A stretch of 64,000 nucleotides of DNA. Source: the human T2T-CHM13v2.0 reference genome, Homo sapiens. The stretch lies in the NCBI RefSeq assembly GCF_009914755.1, contig NC_060947.1; one strand, given 5' to 3'. Below, one piece after another: positions 28,201-43,080 of the stretch (positions within the stretch are counted from its first letter, which is position 1; every line of letters begins with the position of its first letter). Position numbers and translations under genes: made by a program. The notes beneath the pieces were generated by a model that worked only from the letters and a program-made list of their open reading frames with translations, did not search any database and was not told where the DNA came from.

Positions 28201-28940
28201 AATAATATATATCTGGAGATATATAAAATATATATAGATTCTCTCTATATATTTATATATAGATATCTATATATAGTATATGTTATATAATAGTATTATA
28301 TAGTATATATTATATGATAGTATTATATAATAGTATATAATATATAGTATTATAACATACTATATATTATATACTATTATATAATATGTAATATACATTA
28401 TATTATAATTTATCTATATATTTATATATACTATATCTATTCGATATAGATACTATAGATATTATTATATATGTAGTATATATATAAATAATATCTCTCC
28501 CTCCCCCAGATTTTTATATAAAAAATCTGGAAATTATGTATACATATATATATAGAGAGAGAGAGAGAGGGAGGGAGGGAGAGATGTTTTCAGAAATTGG
28601 ATTAGATTATGCAAATGTAGTGTCTGGCAAGTTGAAAATCTTCAGCATATACCTGCAGGGTGGAGACCCAGGAAGGGCTATGTGGTCGCTTAAGTTTGAA
28701 TGCATTCTAGAGGCAGAATTCCCTCTTCCTAGGGGACCACAGTAATATTTGTATCAAGATATTCAAATGATTAAATGAGGATCTATCATGTTATGGATGG
28801 TAACTGTTTTGCTGGTAGGCTACTGATTTAAATGTTAATGTTATCTACAAAACAACTTTATAGCAACATCTAGACTGGTATTTGACCAAATATCTGGATG
28901 CTGTGGCCTAGTCAAGGTGACACACAAAGCTGACCATCAA

Positions 28941-30025
28941 AATCCACCTCTGGTCAACCTAATACCCATACATCTCCTTAAATCATACTTAATCTCCAAA
29001 TAAAGACTATTAAGGTCATTCTTTCGCTTAAAATGATATAACTATCCTGTGTACAGTTGAAAATACACTAACCACTTTCCCAGAAAAGAATATGAAGTCC
29101 TTGGGCTATGTTCAGTCTTCTTGATATTTTGTAATTTAAATAACATAGTGTAAAGTTAATAATATTTAAATACTATAAAGTCAATAATCTTCTAAGGGTA
29201 TAAGAAAGGTAAGGAAATATTTATTTGACATGTATTCATACAAATAAACATATTTATAACAAAATTAAAAAAATTCATGACAATTAGGTCCTCAATTCTG
29301 TAACTGGCCACATGGTGGTAGCTTGTATTTATAACTATTTCCTTCCACTACCTCTGCCATATTTCCTTGAGCCTCAGGAAGCACTTCAATGGGTAATGGT
29401 TTATTAGCTGGTGAGGTGATCCAAAGCTTCATTGCTGAAGGGTCTGGACCATTAGTAGTCCTGCCTCAATTGGGTTCTTGTAGTTTTCCATTGACTTTAA
29501 TCATAGGGCCTGATAATACTAAAAGACACTATAAGAGCTTGCCTACATTCTGGAAATACTTGTCTTTACCTACACTGTGAAGTAGTAGCCAAATTTCCCC
29601 TTGGTAATCATAATCCATCACCCCAGGGGGCACAGTAACTTCCTTCTTTGTTTTTTGATTAAGGGGCTTAAGGAGCCCAATGTGGCCAGGTGGCAGCCTT
29701 AAAATCCGGTCTAATGGAATCACTGTTGTGGCTCCTCGTGGAATCATTCTTTCCTTTAAAACTAAGACCTCTAAGACAGCAGAGCATAAGGCCATGGATA
29801 CAAAAAGTGCAAAATTTGCTAGTGGATTACTAGTGGTAGTAGAAAGTGGTGTCATTCCCATTGTCACTCCTTGATTCCTGGGCCTATGAATCCTAGCAAT
29901 AGAGAGACAGCACCATATACTGAATGCTGATTCAGAGGTGATACAACCTCCTGGAAAAATTTATCCCAACCCAACAAGGAGTTTTTACTTAGCTTGCACT
30001 GTACCTAGGTCTTCAAAAGGCCATA
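28941..30025 (-). mobile_element. ERV-L internal 3' region (integrase end, dUTPase, 3' untranslated)
   Basis: Abuts the MLT2 LTR and contains the dUTPase-like ORF. Confidence 0.85.
29529..29867 (-). pseudogene. ERV-L dUTPase remnant
   Basis: IPRGATTVIPL..LRLPPGHIGLL..GVMDYDYQGEIWLLL matches dUTPase motif 3 (G.ID.DY.GE). Premature stop. Confidence 0.85.
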
Positions 30026-30529
30026 CCTGAGGATTAATTTTAGCCATCAGTTTGACGGGTTAGGAGATACTCAGATAGCTGGTAAAGCATTAGTTCTGGG
30101 TATGTCTGTAACAGTGATTCCAGAACAGATTGGCAATTGGATTAGTGGAATGAGTAAGGAAAATCTGCCTTCCCCATTGTAGGTGGGCATCATTCAATCT
30201 GTTGAGGGCTCAGGATAGAACAAAAAGACAGAAGGAAGTTGAATTTGCTCTTTCTTCTAGAGGTGGAACACTGATACTCCCTTGCCCTCAGAAATCAGAA
30301 TGTTAGGATCCTGAGCCTTTGGAATCTGGAAATTACACTAGTTGTCCTGGACTGAGAGTTATACCATCAGCTTGGTGTAACTAAGATTGACTCATCAGCT
30401 TGGACTCAGATTGAATTACACTGCCAACTTTCCTGGTTCTCCAACTTGCATATTGTGAGACTTCTCAACCTCCATGATCACAAAAAACAATTCTCATAAT
30501 AAACATCCTTGTAATCTATCTATGTCTGC

Positions 30530-30576
<47 letters not shown>

Positions 30577-30640
30577 ATCTATCTACCTACTTACCTATCT
30601 TCTATTGGTCCTGTTTATCTGAAGAACCTTGACTAATACA
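30026..30640 (+). mobile_element. MLT2B-type solo LTR in opposite orientation inside ERV-L
   Basis: gatagctggtaaagcatta..tctgggtatgtctg; ends ctattggtcctgtttatctgaagaaccttgactaataca. Confidence 0.85.
30531..30576. repeat. (TATC)11 tetranucleotide STR
   Basis: Counted directly. Flanked by degenerate TCTA/CCTA units. Confidence 0.95.
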
Positions 30641-30837
30641 CAATTCTATAATAGTTTCAAACAAGCTCCATCAGGATAGTGGGGGACATGTTAACATGGG
30701 TGAATTCACTTACCATGAGCTCATTACTACACTTTATTTGCTGTGAAGTAAGTTTTTTGATCAGTAGCAATACTGTGTGAAATATCATAATGGTAGATAA
30801 GGCATTCTGTAAGTCCAGAGATGGTAATTTTGGAAGA
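30641..30837 (-). mobile_element. ERV-L internal fragment
   Basis: tggtagataaggcattctgtaagtccagagatggtaattttgg resembles antisense ERV-L internal sequence. Confidence 0.6.
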
Positions 30838-33800
30838 TGTATTGTTTACAGTGTTGTTTACTTTGCTGTCCAGAAGTTTGATGTCATTCCATTTGTCTAT
30901 TGTAGCTTTTGTTGCCTATGCTTTTAAGATCATCTTCAAAAAATCAATGCCCACCTACTGTCATGGAGCTTTTCTCCTGTTTTCTTTTACTAGTGTTAGA
31001 GTTTCAGGTCTTATGTTTAAGTCGTTAAGACATTGTGAGTTGATTTGTGTATATGGTATAACATAGAAATGCAATTTCATTATTATGCATGTAGATAGCT
31101 AGCTTTCCCAATACCTTTCATTTAAAAGGTTGTCCTTTCTCATTGTGTGTTTCTGGCACCTTTGTCAAACAGTAATTGACGATAAGTACATGTGTTTATT
31201 TCTGGGCCTTCTATCCTGTTTCTTGGGTTGATGTGTCTGTTTTTATTCCAGTTCCATGTTGTTTTGCTTACAATTCCTTTATAGTATGTTTTCAAATCAG
31301 GAATTGTGATGTTGCCATCCTTGATCTTTTTGCTCAAGTTTGTCTTGACCAGGTCTTTTGTGCCTTTATGTAAATTTAAGGAATTTTTTTGTCTAATACT
31401 TTGGAAAATGACACTGGAATTTTGATAGAGATTGCATTAAATCTGTAGCACATCTTGCATGGTATAGATATTTAAGCAATATTTATTCTTTCACACCATG
31501 AATACAGGTCATCTTGCCTTTATTTATGTTTTCTTCAATGTAATTTATCAGTGTCTTAAAGTTTTCAGTATGAAAGTCTTTCACCTCCTTGGTTAAATTT
31601 ACAACAAAGTATTTTTTTGTTGTTGTTATTGTAAATGGAGTTTTACATTTTCTTTTTAGATGGTTCATTATTACTATATAGAACTGTTACTAATTTTTAT
31701 ATGTTTATTTTGTATTCTACAATTTTACTGAGTTTATCAGCTCTCAGTTTTTTTGTGTGAAGTCTTTACCATTCTCTACATATAAGATCATGTCAACAGC
31801 AAATAGAGATAATTTTACTTCTTTCTTTTTAAGTATAACGCCTTTTCTTTTTTGCTCTTGAGTAATTGCTCTTACTAGGGCTTCCATTACTATGTTGAAT
31901 AGAAATCATGAGAGTGGACAGCCTTGTCTTGTTCTTGATCCTAGGAGAAAAACTTTCAACTTTTAACCATCAAGAATTATGTTTGCTACAAGTTTGCTAT
32001 AAATGGCCTTTACTGTGTTGAAGTATATTCCCTTTATACCTGATTTAACTCTCATATTAGGGATAAAATTGCATTATACACCACTCTCACAGTATAGATG
32101 GCTCCTGACTTATGGTGGTTTGACTTACATCTTAAACTTTAAAATTATATGAAGGTGATATGCAGTCAGTAGAAATTGTACTTTGAGTATCCATACAACC
32201 ATTCTGTTTTTCAATTTCAGTAGAGTAGTCAATAAATTACATGAGATATTCAAAACTTTATTATAAAATGAGTTTTGTGTTAGATGATTTTTCCCATCTG
32301 TAGGATAATATATGTGTTCTGAACCTGTTTAAGTTAGGCTAGGCTACAGTATGATGTTTGGTTTATTAGGTGTTAAAATGCATTTTCAACTTAGAATATT
32401 TTCGACTTACAATAAATTTATCAGGATGTAATCCCATTATAATTTGAGGAGAATTTGTATTAGGCAATTATGGCTATATATAACTTATTCCATTGAGTTT
32501 TTTACTTTCATATTTTTTAGTTATTAATAAGCAGTTTTTGGTTTCAGATTAAGGAACTCCCTTTAGCAATTCCTGTAAGGCAGACCTAGTAATGATGAAT
32601 TCCTTTAGCTTTTGTTAGTTTGGGAATGTTTTTATTCATCTTTCTTTGAAGAACAGCTTTGTTATTCAAAGTATTTTTGGTTGACAGGTTTTTTTTTTTC
32701 TTCAGTCCTTTAAATTTATCTTTTCACTCTCTCCTGGCCTTCAGTTTTCTGCTGAGAAATCTGCTGAAAGTAAGATTGGGGCTCCCCTAAATGTGATGTT
32801 TCTTATTTTCTGCTGCTTTCAGTATTCTTTCTTTGTCTTTGATTTTTGATAATTTGATTATGATGTGCCATAGTGAACTTCTCCTTGAGTTGAATTTGAT
32901 TGGAGACTTCTCAGCTCCCTGTACCTGAGTGCTGTTGACTTTCTCCACACTAGGGAAATTTTCAGCCACTGTTTCCATAAATGTGCTTTCTGGGCTTTTT
33001 GTTGTTGTTGTTCTCTCTTTTCCTGCTGGAATTCCTATTATGTAAAAATTAATTGGCTTGTCAGTACCCCATAATTTCTGTAGACCTTCTTCTTTATTTT
33101 TTTTCCTTCTACTGCTCTGAGTGGATAATTTCAGATATCCTATCTTCAAGGTCATTGATTCTTTCTTCTGCTTAATCGAGTCTGCTCTTGATATTTTTTA
33201 TTAAATTTTTCACATAAGTTATTGTATTCTTTATCTCTAGAATTTCTATTTTTTATTATTTCTCTTTTTCTGAAACTTCTCATTTTGTTCATGAGTTGTT
33301 CTCTAAACTTTATTCAATTTTTATAAATATATATATATTTTTAAGTTCCCTGAACTTCTTTAAGTAGATTGTTCTGAATTCTTCTCAGTCATTTTATATA
33401 TGTCCATTTCTTCCAAGTCTATTACTAGACGTTGATTAGTTTCTTTTGGTGGTGTAATATTTCCTAGATTTCTTATAATTCTTGTGTTTTTGTATTGATG
33501 CCTGCTCATTTGAGGAGATGGTCATCTATTCCAGCCATTGCAGATATTCTTTGGTAGTGATTAACCTTCACTATTTAGTCTAACTAAATTTCTGGATGGG
33601 CCAGCTGGTATCGACCATGGACAGACAGACTGCAGTGTTGAGTTCTCTGTTTGGGTTGGGTAACTTCCTGTGCTCTGAGGTTGAATGTTTCTGCTAGCTG
33701 TGCTCTTCAATATGGTGGGACTACTGGCTGGACTCTGTCGTTAGGTGGAGCTGTTGACTGGGTTCTGCAATTATCTCTGATCAGGCAGGGTTGCAGGTTG

Positions 33801-34115
33801 CTTTCTTTGGCTGGGAGGTACTGTTGTGTGAAATCTGTAGTTCAGCAGTGCTGTGTGCTGGACTCAGAAGCTGGAGGAGGTATCTGGGGTTACTGCTTGG
33901 CCATATATGGTAAAGACAGCCAGAGGCATTTGCTCCACAGATGTACAAGGATGTGAGCTCGCTTCATGGCCTGGGGTAGGCTTAATCAAAACACAAAAGC
34001 TTGGTGGAATTGCCTTTCAGCAGCTGGAATTGGGTGGGGCTGGATGCTCTACACAATGATGTACATTTGTCTTCTGGCCAGGTAAAGGCTTAATGAGAGC
34101 ACTAGAGCTGCTTTC
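30838..34115 (-). mobile_element. Internally deleted L1M (L1MA-type) with ORF2 piece, ORF1 and 5' UTR
   Basis: ORF2 antisense at 30838-32046. ORF 32787-33155 is ORF1p-like (IIGIP, ENFP, HIIIKLSKIKDKERILKAA). GC-richer 5' UTR at ~33560-34115. Confidence 0.8.
32095..32457 (-). mobile_element. MER47A-like Tigger MITE
   Basis: About 363 bp with TA on both sides. Internal taggctaggcta and aatgcattttcaactta match the recalled MER47A consensus. Confidence 0.8.
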
Positions 34116-34116
34116 C

Positions 34117-34225
34117 TAAGGTCTACTGATTTAAATGTTAATTTCGTCAAAATCCAGTCTGGCTTTTGAGCAAATATTTGAACACTGTGGCCCAGTCAAA
34201 TTAACATATGAAATTAACCATCACA
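34117..34225 (-). mobile_element. MLT2 LTR terminal remnant, probable 5' LTR of the same ERV-L
   Basis: ctactgatttaaatgttaat...ctgtggcccagtcaaattaacatatgaaattaaccatcaca parallels 28820-28940. Confidence 0.75.
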
Positions 34226-34230
34226 TATCC

Positions 34231-34883
<653 letters not shown>

Positions 34884-35899
34884 GTCTTAGTTTCTCTGGG
34901 ATAAATGCCCAGGAGTGCATCGCTGGGTTGTATGGTAGTTGATGTCTACTTTTTTAAGAAACTGTCAAACTGTTCGCCACAGTCACTGTAGCATTTTATA
35001 TACTCACCAGCAATGCATAATAATCCAATTTCTTTACATTCTGGCCAGTATATGGTGTTGTCACTATTTTTTAGTGTAGCCATTTGGATAAGTGTGTAGT
35101 AGTATTTCATTGTGATTTTAATTTGCATTTCCCTAATTTCTAATGATGGCAAACGACTTTTCATATGCTAATTTTTCATCTGCATATCTTCATTGGTGAA
35201 ATGTCTGTTCATATCTTTTCTCATATTCTAATTGAATTGTTTGTTTTTCAACTGTTGAGCTTTGAGTATTATTTACACATATTACATAGTAGTCCTGTGT
35301 CAGATATGTGATTTAAAAATATTTCCTCCCACTCTTTAGTGTGTCTTTAGATTCTCTTAACAGGGTCATTCACAGAGCATTTGTTTTAATTGTGATGCAG
35401 GCTAATATATTAATTTTATTTGCATGGACTGTGCTTTGATATCAAATCTAAAAACTGTTTGCTTAGTCTTAGGTTTCAGATTTTCTCCTTTTTTTAAAAA
35501 GAGCCATATGTTTTAATTTAAGTCCATGATACATTTTAAGTTAACCTTTATATAAGTTGTGAGGTTTAGGTTAAGGCTTATATTATTTGCCTAATCCAAT
35601 TGTTTCAGCACCATCTGTTGCTTTATTGCACTAGCTAGACTGTCCAGCACTATGATAAATAAGAGTAATAAGTGTGAACATTCTTTATTTGTTCCTAATT
35701 ATAAGGGAAATACATCCAGACTTTCACCATTAGGCATAATATTAGTTGTAGGATTTTTTTAGATTTTCTATAACGGTAAGAAAATTCCTCTTTATTTATA
35801 ATATTCAGAGAATTGTTATTATGAATGGGTGTTGAATTTTGTTTTCCTGAGCTCTATACTCAGGAAAACTAAAAGGAGGGTCAAATAGACTTTCCCTGA

Positions 35900-36216
<317 letters not shown>

Positions 36217-37364
36217 TCAAATGCTTTTCTTTGTCAATTGACATAGTTATATTTTTTTTTCTTAGCCTGTTAATATGGTGGATTACATTGACTGATTTTG
36301 AATTATTAAACCTTTCTTGCATCCCTGAAATAAAGCCCACACAGCCATGGTCTGTAATTATTTTTATATATTTCTACATTTTATTTGCTGATACTGTGTT
36401 AAGGATTTTTAAAATCTATAGCCATAAAGTATAATGCTTTGTATTTTTTTTTTTTCTTATGTTGTCCTTTTCTGGTTTTGGCATTGGGGTAATATTGGCC
36501 TCATGGAATGAGAGTGTTTAGAGAGTGTTCTTATATTATTTTGTCATATCTTAAAATGTTTTGTGAGTAATTTGTATTCATTTTTACTTAAGTATTTGAT
36601 AGAATTTCTCAATAAAGAAATATGGGCCTGATGTTTTCTTTGTGGAAAGTACTTTTATTACTAATTCAATATCTTTACTTGTTAGAAATCTATCAGTATT
36701 TTCTATTTTTTCTTGAATCAGGTTTAGTATTTGAGGTTCTTCCAAAAATGCATATATTTTATCTAAGTAGTCTAATTTATACACATGCAACTGTTCAAAA
36801 TATTTCCTTACATACCACTTTATTTCTGTAAGCTAGTTAGTGATTTCCCTCTTTCATTACTGATTTGAATAATTTAAGTCTTATCCTTTTTTTTCTTTCT
36901 TGGTCACTCTGGCTAATTGTTATCTCTAAACAAGTTTTGATTTCATTTATTTTTTCTAATTTTTTATTCTCTTTCATTTTTTGTTGTAGCTTTTTTTTTT
37001 CCTGCTGCTTGCTTTGAGCTTATGTTTCTCTTTATTTTCTAATTTATTGAGGTGGAAGCCTAGGTTGTTGATTTGAGATTAACTTCCTTTGCGAAATCTT
37101 TATTTACAGCTATAACTATGCCCCTAAAAACTGCATTTGCTACATCTTGTTAATTTCTGTATGTTTTGTTTTTATTTGAATTCATCACCAATTATTTTGA
37201 AATTTTCTTTGTAATTTTTTTCTCTTATCCACTGGTTACTTATACAAATATTGTTTAAGTTACAAATATTTGTTAATTTTCCAAACCCTTTTCTGTTGTT
37301 GATTTTTAATCCCATTGTTTGATTTACATTTCTTTAATTATTGCTTCATGTGGTTGTCTTTTAA

Positions 37365-37720
<356 letters not shown>

Positions 37721-38639
37721 TTGTCTTTTATTTTCACCTGTCTAGTTACTTTTTCCAGTGCTCTTTATTTCTTTATGTGTAATAATATTTTTGTTGTGTC
37801 CTTTTAATTCGTCCCAAGAGTCTTTCTTAATATTTGTTGTAGGGTAGTTCTGGTAGCGATGAACACCCTCTGTTTATTTGTTGTGTTTTGTTTTGTTTTG
37901 ATCAGGGAATGTCTATTTGACCCTCCTTTTAGTTTTCCTGAGTATAGAGTTTTTGGGTGACAGTATTTACCTTTCAGCATTTTTAATATGTGATCTCACT
38001 GCTTTCTGGTCTTATGGTTTCTGATGAGAAGTTAGAAGCGTCCTTGTATGTGATAAGTCATTTTTTATTTTGCTACTTCTATGGTTTTCTTTGTCTTTTC
38101 ACAGTTTGATTTGGGTGTGTCTATGTGTGGATCTTCTTGAAATAATTCTACTGTGAGTTCACTGAGCTACTTCAATTGGTAAATTAATGCTTTTCATCAA
38201 ATTTGGGGAGTTTTTGCCCATTCTTTCTTCTGCCCTTTTCTCTCCTCAACTCTCCCTCTGTGATTTCCATAATATGTGTGTTGGTACATTTGATTAAAAC
38301 GCACATTTATTTGAGATTCTGTTTATTTCTCTGAATATTTTTCTTTTTACTCCTCAGACTATATGAACTCAATTTTTCTATTTACAAGTCTGTTGATTTT
38401 TTCCTTCTTTCAGCTAAAATCTGCTGTTGATTGCCCTAAGTTAGTAGCTAATATTTTGCTACCTTACTTCTCATCTCCAGAGTTTCTGAGTTATTTTCAC
38501 TATTTCTGCTTCATTTTTGGTATTCTATACTTGGTAAAACATTGTTGTCATGATTTCTTTTACGTCATTATATTTGAATAATTTTAGTTGTAATTCTAGT
38601 GTCCTCTAAGTAATTATACATGGCTACCTTTAGTTCTGG

Positions 38640-39103
38640 TTAGATATGTATATAGCTAGAAGCAGAATATTTTATAGATAAGGTATATATATATATATAT
38701 ATATATATTTGTTTTGTATATAAAACAAAAAGAGACATGGTTGTATATCTGAGATAGTTCTGTCCACTTACAGGTCCTAGAAATAGTGAAACCCAGTGGC
38801 AATGAGCACACTTGCCACTCAGATATTAGTTTTCTAAAATCCTAAAAATACCTAATAAAAAAGCCATGGATATTTGTAGCAATAATTGTTTCCAGGATTA
38901 ATGCAAGCATAGGTCAACATTAGCCTGGGATAACTTGTGGTTTCAGAGAATAATAAAGAGCTCAAAAGATTATGATGTCATGTTGAAAGGAGATAAAGCC
39001 AATTTGAAGTAGCTTCCAATATCCACATCTGGAGCAATTTGGGCACAAAAATAAATAATAAAAACAATGACATAAACCATAGAAAAACAAATAACCATGA
39101 GAC

Positions 39104-39134
<31 letters not shown>

Positions 39135-39815
39135 GTATATAATTGTAAAAATAAGTAGATGGGTGAGGAAAGACAACTGATTTTAAAATAGACACTTAAA
39201 TATGAAAAATGGAAATAGAGAATCACAATTATCTCAGTCTACATTACAGTACTAATTGTTGCAGGCAGTAAACATCTATGGATGTTAAAATGGGAAAACA
39301 TGATAAGAAATGGGATATTTGCATTTCTGAGAATATCTTATTAAGAGATGCTTATTAGCTACAAAAAAACAGTAACTTTGAAATAGACAGTACTAGAAGA
39401 CAACAACTTGATTGTCATTGAAGTTAATGTTTTCAATAATGAGCCATATTAACATTATTTACTCCCTGATACAATACAGGAATTGTACACTTCTGCATAA
39501 AACTAGTTAAATGTGCGTAACATCAATCTAATTGTGAGAGAACCTCAGCCAAATTAAACAACAAAAAGTAGTAACCTTGAAATAGGCAATATTAGAAGGC
39601 AACCACTTGTCATTAAGGTTAATATTTCCAGTAATGAACCATATAGACATCATTTACTCCCTTATATAATACAGGGATAATACACTTATACCTAATGCTT
39701 GTTAAATGTGTGTTCCATCATCTAATTATGAGAAAATGTCAGACAAAACTAAACTGAGGGATATTCTACAAAACAAATTGGTAAGTACTTTTCAAATATG
39801 TCAAGCTCTGTCTCA
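38640..39815 (+). mobile_element. L1MC3-5-type 3' UTR containing (TA)n and (CA)n tracts; a short piece resumes near 42221
   Basis: ggtcctagaaatagtgaaacccagtggcaatgagcacac; catctggagcaatttgggcac; aaactgagggatattctacaaaac. Confidence 0.72.
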
Positions 39816-39816
39816 A

Positions 39817-42220
39817 TGTCTCAGTCTGTTTGTGCTGCTGTAACAAAATATCACATACAGTAATTCATATAAACAATAGACCTTTATTTCTCATGGTTCT
39901 GAAGGCTGGGAAATCCAAGATCAAAGTACCAGCAGGATTGGTATCTAGTGCAGGCTGCTCTCTTCTTCCAAGATTGTGTGCTGTTGCTGCACACCCTGGA
40001 GGGGAGGAACACTGTGTTCTCACATGATGGAAGAGGTGAAAGGGGCAAAAAGAGATGAAATCCCTTCATCGAAGGTTTTATGAAAGAAATTAATCCAGCT
40101 CATGAGGGCACAGTTCTCATGACTCAATCACCTGCTAAGGCCACACTTCTTAATACCATTGGATTTGAAATTAAGTTTCAACATGAATTTTAGAAATAAC
40201 AAAAACATCAAACCATAGATTTCAACCCCTGACCCCCCAAATCCATGTCCTTCTCACATACAATATACATTTATTTTATCCCAGCAGACCCCAAAATCTT
40301 AATTTGTACTAGCAGCAACTCAAAAGTCTAAAGTTAGCAACTCATCTAAATATCTAAATTAGATATGGATGAGAATCAAAGGTGTGTTTCATCCTGAGGC
40401 AAATTGCTTTCTAGATGTGAACGTGTGAAATCAAACAAGGTATGTGCTTCTAAGGTACAATGGTGGGACAGGCACAGAAAAACGATACCATTTCAAAAGA
40501 GAGAAATACGGCAGAAGAAAATAGCTGGTGCCCTGTATGTCAAAACCCAATAGGGCAAACCACATTAAATCTTAAGGCTTGGGAAAAATTTTAACTCCTT
40601 GTCCCATCTTCTTTACACTCTTGGAAGAGTTTGGTTCCCCAAAGCACCAGGGGACTCCACCCTCATAGCTTTGCTAGCTGCCGCTTATGTCGCAACTTTC
40701 ACAGGTTGAACTCTCATTACTGCACCTCTCCCAGGCTGGTGGCTGTACAATTCTGAGGCCTCAGGATGACCCCAACCCACAACTCCACTGTGCATTTCCC
40801 TAGTTCCTCTCCATGGTGGCCTGAGCTCTGTGGCATTCTTGCTTGAGCACCAAGGCCCTCTGAGGCATCTTTTGAAATACGGATGGAGGTAGCCATCCTT
40901 TCATAGTTCCTTCATTCTGTGCACCTGCCCAGTTAACATCATGTGGATGCTGTCAATGTTTATGGCCTGTACCTTCCAGAGTGGTAACCTGAGTTGTACC
41001 TGGATCCTCTTGAGCCACAACTGAGACAACCAAGGAGCACTGCACTGAAATGCAGGGAGCAATGACTTGAGGCAGTAATGGGCAGTAAGTTCTGAGGTCC
41101 TGTGTTCCTGAGAGGCATCTCTTTTGACATCTTTCTGTTCCCCAAGTCTTGGCACTTTGGGCCTGTGAGGGAAGTGGCAGCCAAGAAAATCTCCTAAATG
41201 CCTTTGAGGTCATTTTTTCATTGTCTTGATCAATAACATCTGGCTTCCTTCTATGCATACTAATCTCCTTATCAACAGATTGCTTAGCCAAACACTTGGT
41301 TGTCTTTCCTAAATATGTTTTTAAAATATTTTACAAGCCATGCTGAATTTTTCCAATCTTTACACTCTGCTTCTCTTTTATTAATTTTTAATAATAATTT
41401 TAATTCATTTGTCTCTTTAACTCATTTATCTCTTCTCACGTTACTATAAGCAGTTAAGAGAAGCCATGCGGCACCATGAACACATTGCTTAGATATTTCT
41501 CCCACCAGATATCCTAACTCATTGCTCTTAAAAATCAGCCTTCCACAAAGCTCTAGGTTCTGGACTCAATTCAGCCAAGTTATTCTTGTCTCTTTGTAAC
41601 AATAATGTGCTTTCCTCAAGTTGCTAATAATATACTTTTTTATTTCCATCTAAGACCTCATGAGAATTGCCTTTACTGTTTGTATTTCTATGAACATTTT
41701 GATCACAACCACTTAGATAGCAGGTACGACTAAAGCTTTCATTAGAACACTCCTCCTCTTCTGATCCCTCATCACAATGCTCCTTAATGCTTCATTTACA
41801 TTTTCAATATTGACTTTGAAACTGTTCCAACATCTATATTTTATCCACTTCCAAAGTTCCTTTCACATTTTTAGGTAGCCGATAGAGTAACACCTACTTC
41901 CCTGGTACCAATTTTTGTCTCAGTTTGTTTATGCTGCTAAAAAATACCATAGACTGGGTAATTTGTGAACAGTACAAATTTATTTCTCATGATTCTGAAA
42001 ACTAGGCAATCCCAGATCAAGACGCTGGTTATATTGGTGTCTGGTGAGAGCTGCTCTATGTTTCCAAAATAGCATATTGTTGCTGCATCCTCTGGAGAGG
42101 AGGAACACTGTTTCCTCACATGGAAGAACAGACAGAAGAGGTGAAATGGGACAAATTACCTTAATTAAGACCTTTTATAATGACAGCTAATTTCATTCAT
42201 GAGAGCAGAGCCCTCATTAG
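39817..42220 (-). mobile_element. MST-family MaLR provirus (LTR, ~1.7 kb internal, truncated LTR)
   Basis: Similar LTRs at 39817-40219 and 41916-42220 (ctggaggggaggaacactgtgttctcacat / ctggagaggaggaacactgtttcctcacat). Minus-strand polypurine tract at ~40222-40238. Confidence 0.88.
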
Positions 42221-42349
42221 TGATAATTGTATCATTATTAATGCAATTGAGGACCCTGAATTGCATTTTAGCTAGAAGAATATTAGTTTTTCTAATGTTC
42301 AAATTTCACCAGTGGTGAAATTTGAATAAGTTTTGCAGATTAGGTACTA

Positions 42350-43080
42350 GTAAAACACAAATAAAGGAGGATTACTGTACACAGAGAATTGTTCTATTTT
42401 CATGCACAGGAAAGCTCAATATTGCCAATATGTCAGTATTTCCCTACTTGACCCACAAATTCAACATAATTCTCATCAATATCCTAGCAGGTTACATTGC
42501 ATATATGGAAATATTGATTCTAAATTTTATATGTAAAGGGAAAAGACCCACAATAGTCAACATGACATAGAAGAAAAAGAAAAAAATATGACTACTGATA
42601 CTGTCTAATTTCAGGGCTAACTGTAAAGCTACAGTAATCAAAAAAGTGATTTTGGTGAAAGAATAGACAAGTCAATGGAACAGAATATAGAGTGCAGAAA
42701 TAGACCCATGCAAATATATTAATATAATATTGGAATAAATAGCAAAGGCCATTCAATGGAAAATAGTTTTTTCAACAAATGGCATTGAAAAAACTGGGCA
42801 TCTACATGCAAAAAATATGAATTGTGCCACTGACTTCATACCTTTCACAAAAATTAACTCAAAGTGGATCATAGCCCTAACTGTAAAATGCAAAACTATG
42901 AATCTTTTAGAAGACAAAATAAGGTAAAACCTAGGTGACTTTGGGTTTGGCAATGAGCTTATAGATACAACCCCAAAAGTATCATCCATGAAGGTGAATA
43001 TTAATAAGTTGAATTTCATTAAAATAAAATCTTTTGCTATGTGAAAGCTCCTAAGGAGAGTATAAAATGATGAGCCACAA
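42350..43080 (+). mobile_element. L1MC-type ORF2 3' fragment, host of the L1 at 43081
   Basis: caatggaacagaatatagagtgcagaaatagaccc. Resumes at 51346. Confidence 0.75.

Larger units (their letters stand above)
25428..28940 (-). mobile_element. MLT2 (C/D-like) 3' LTR of an ERV-L provirus, split by an LTR insertion and a VNTR
   Basis: tgtatt...gtcagagttctccaaagaaacaaaaccaata at 25428. The body resumes at ~28540 and runs to ...gctgaccatca at 28940. Confidence 0.8.
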
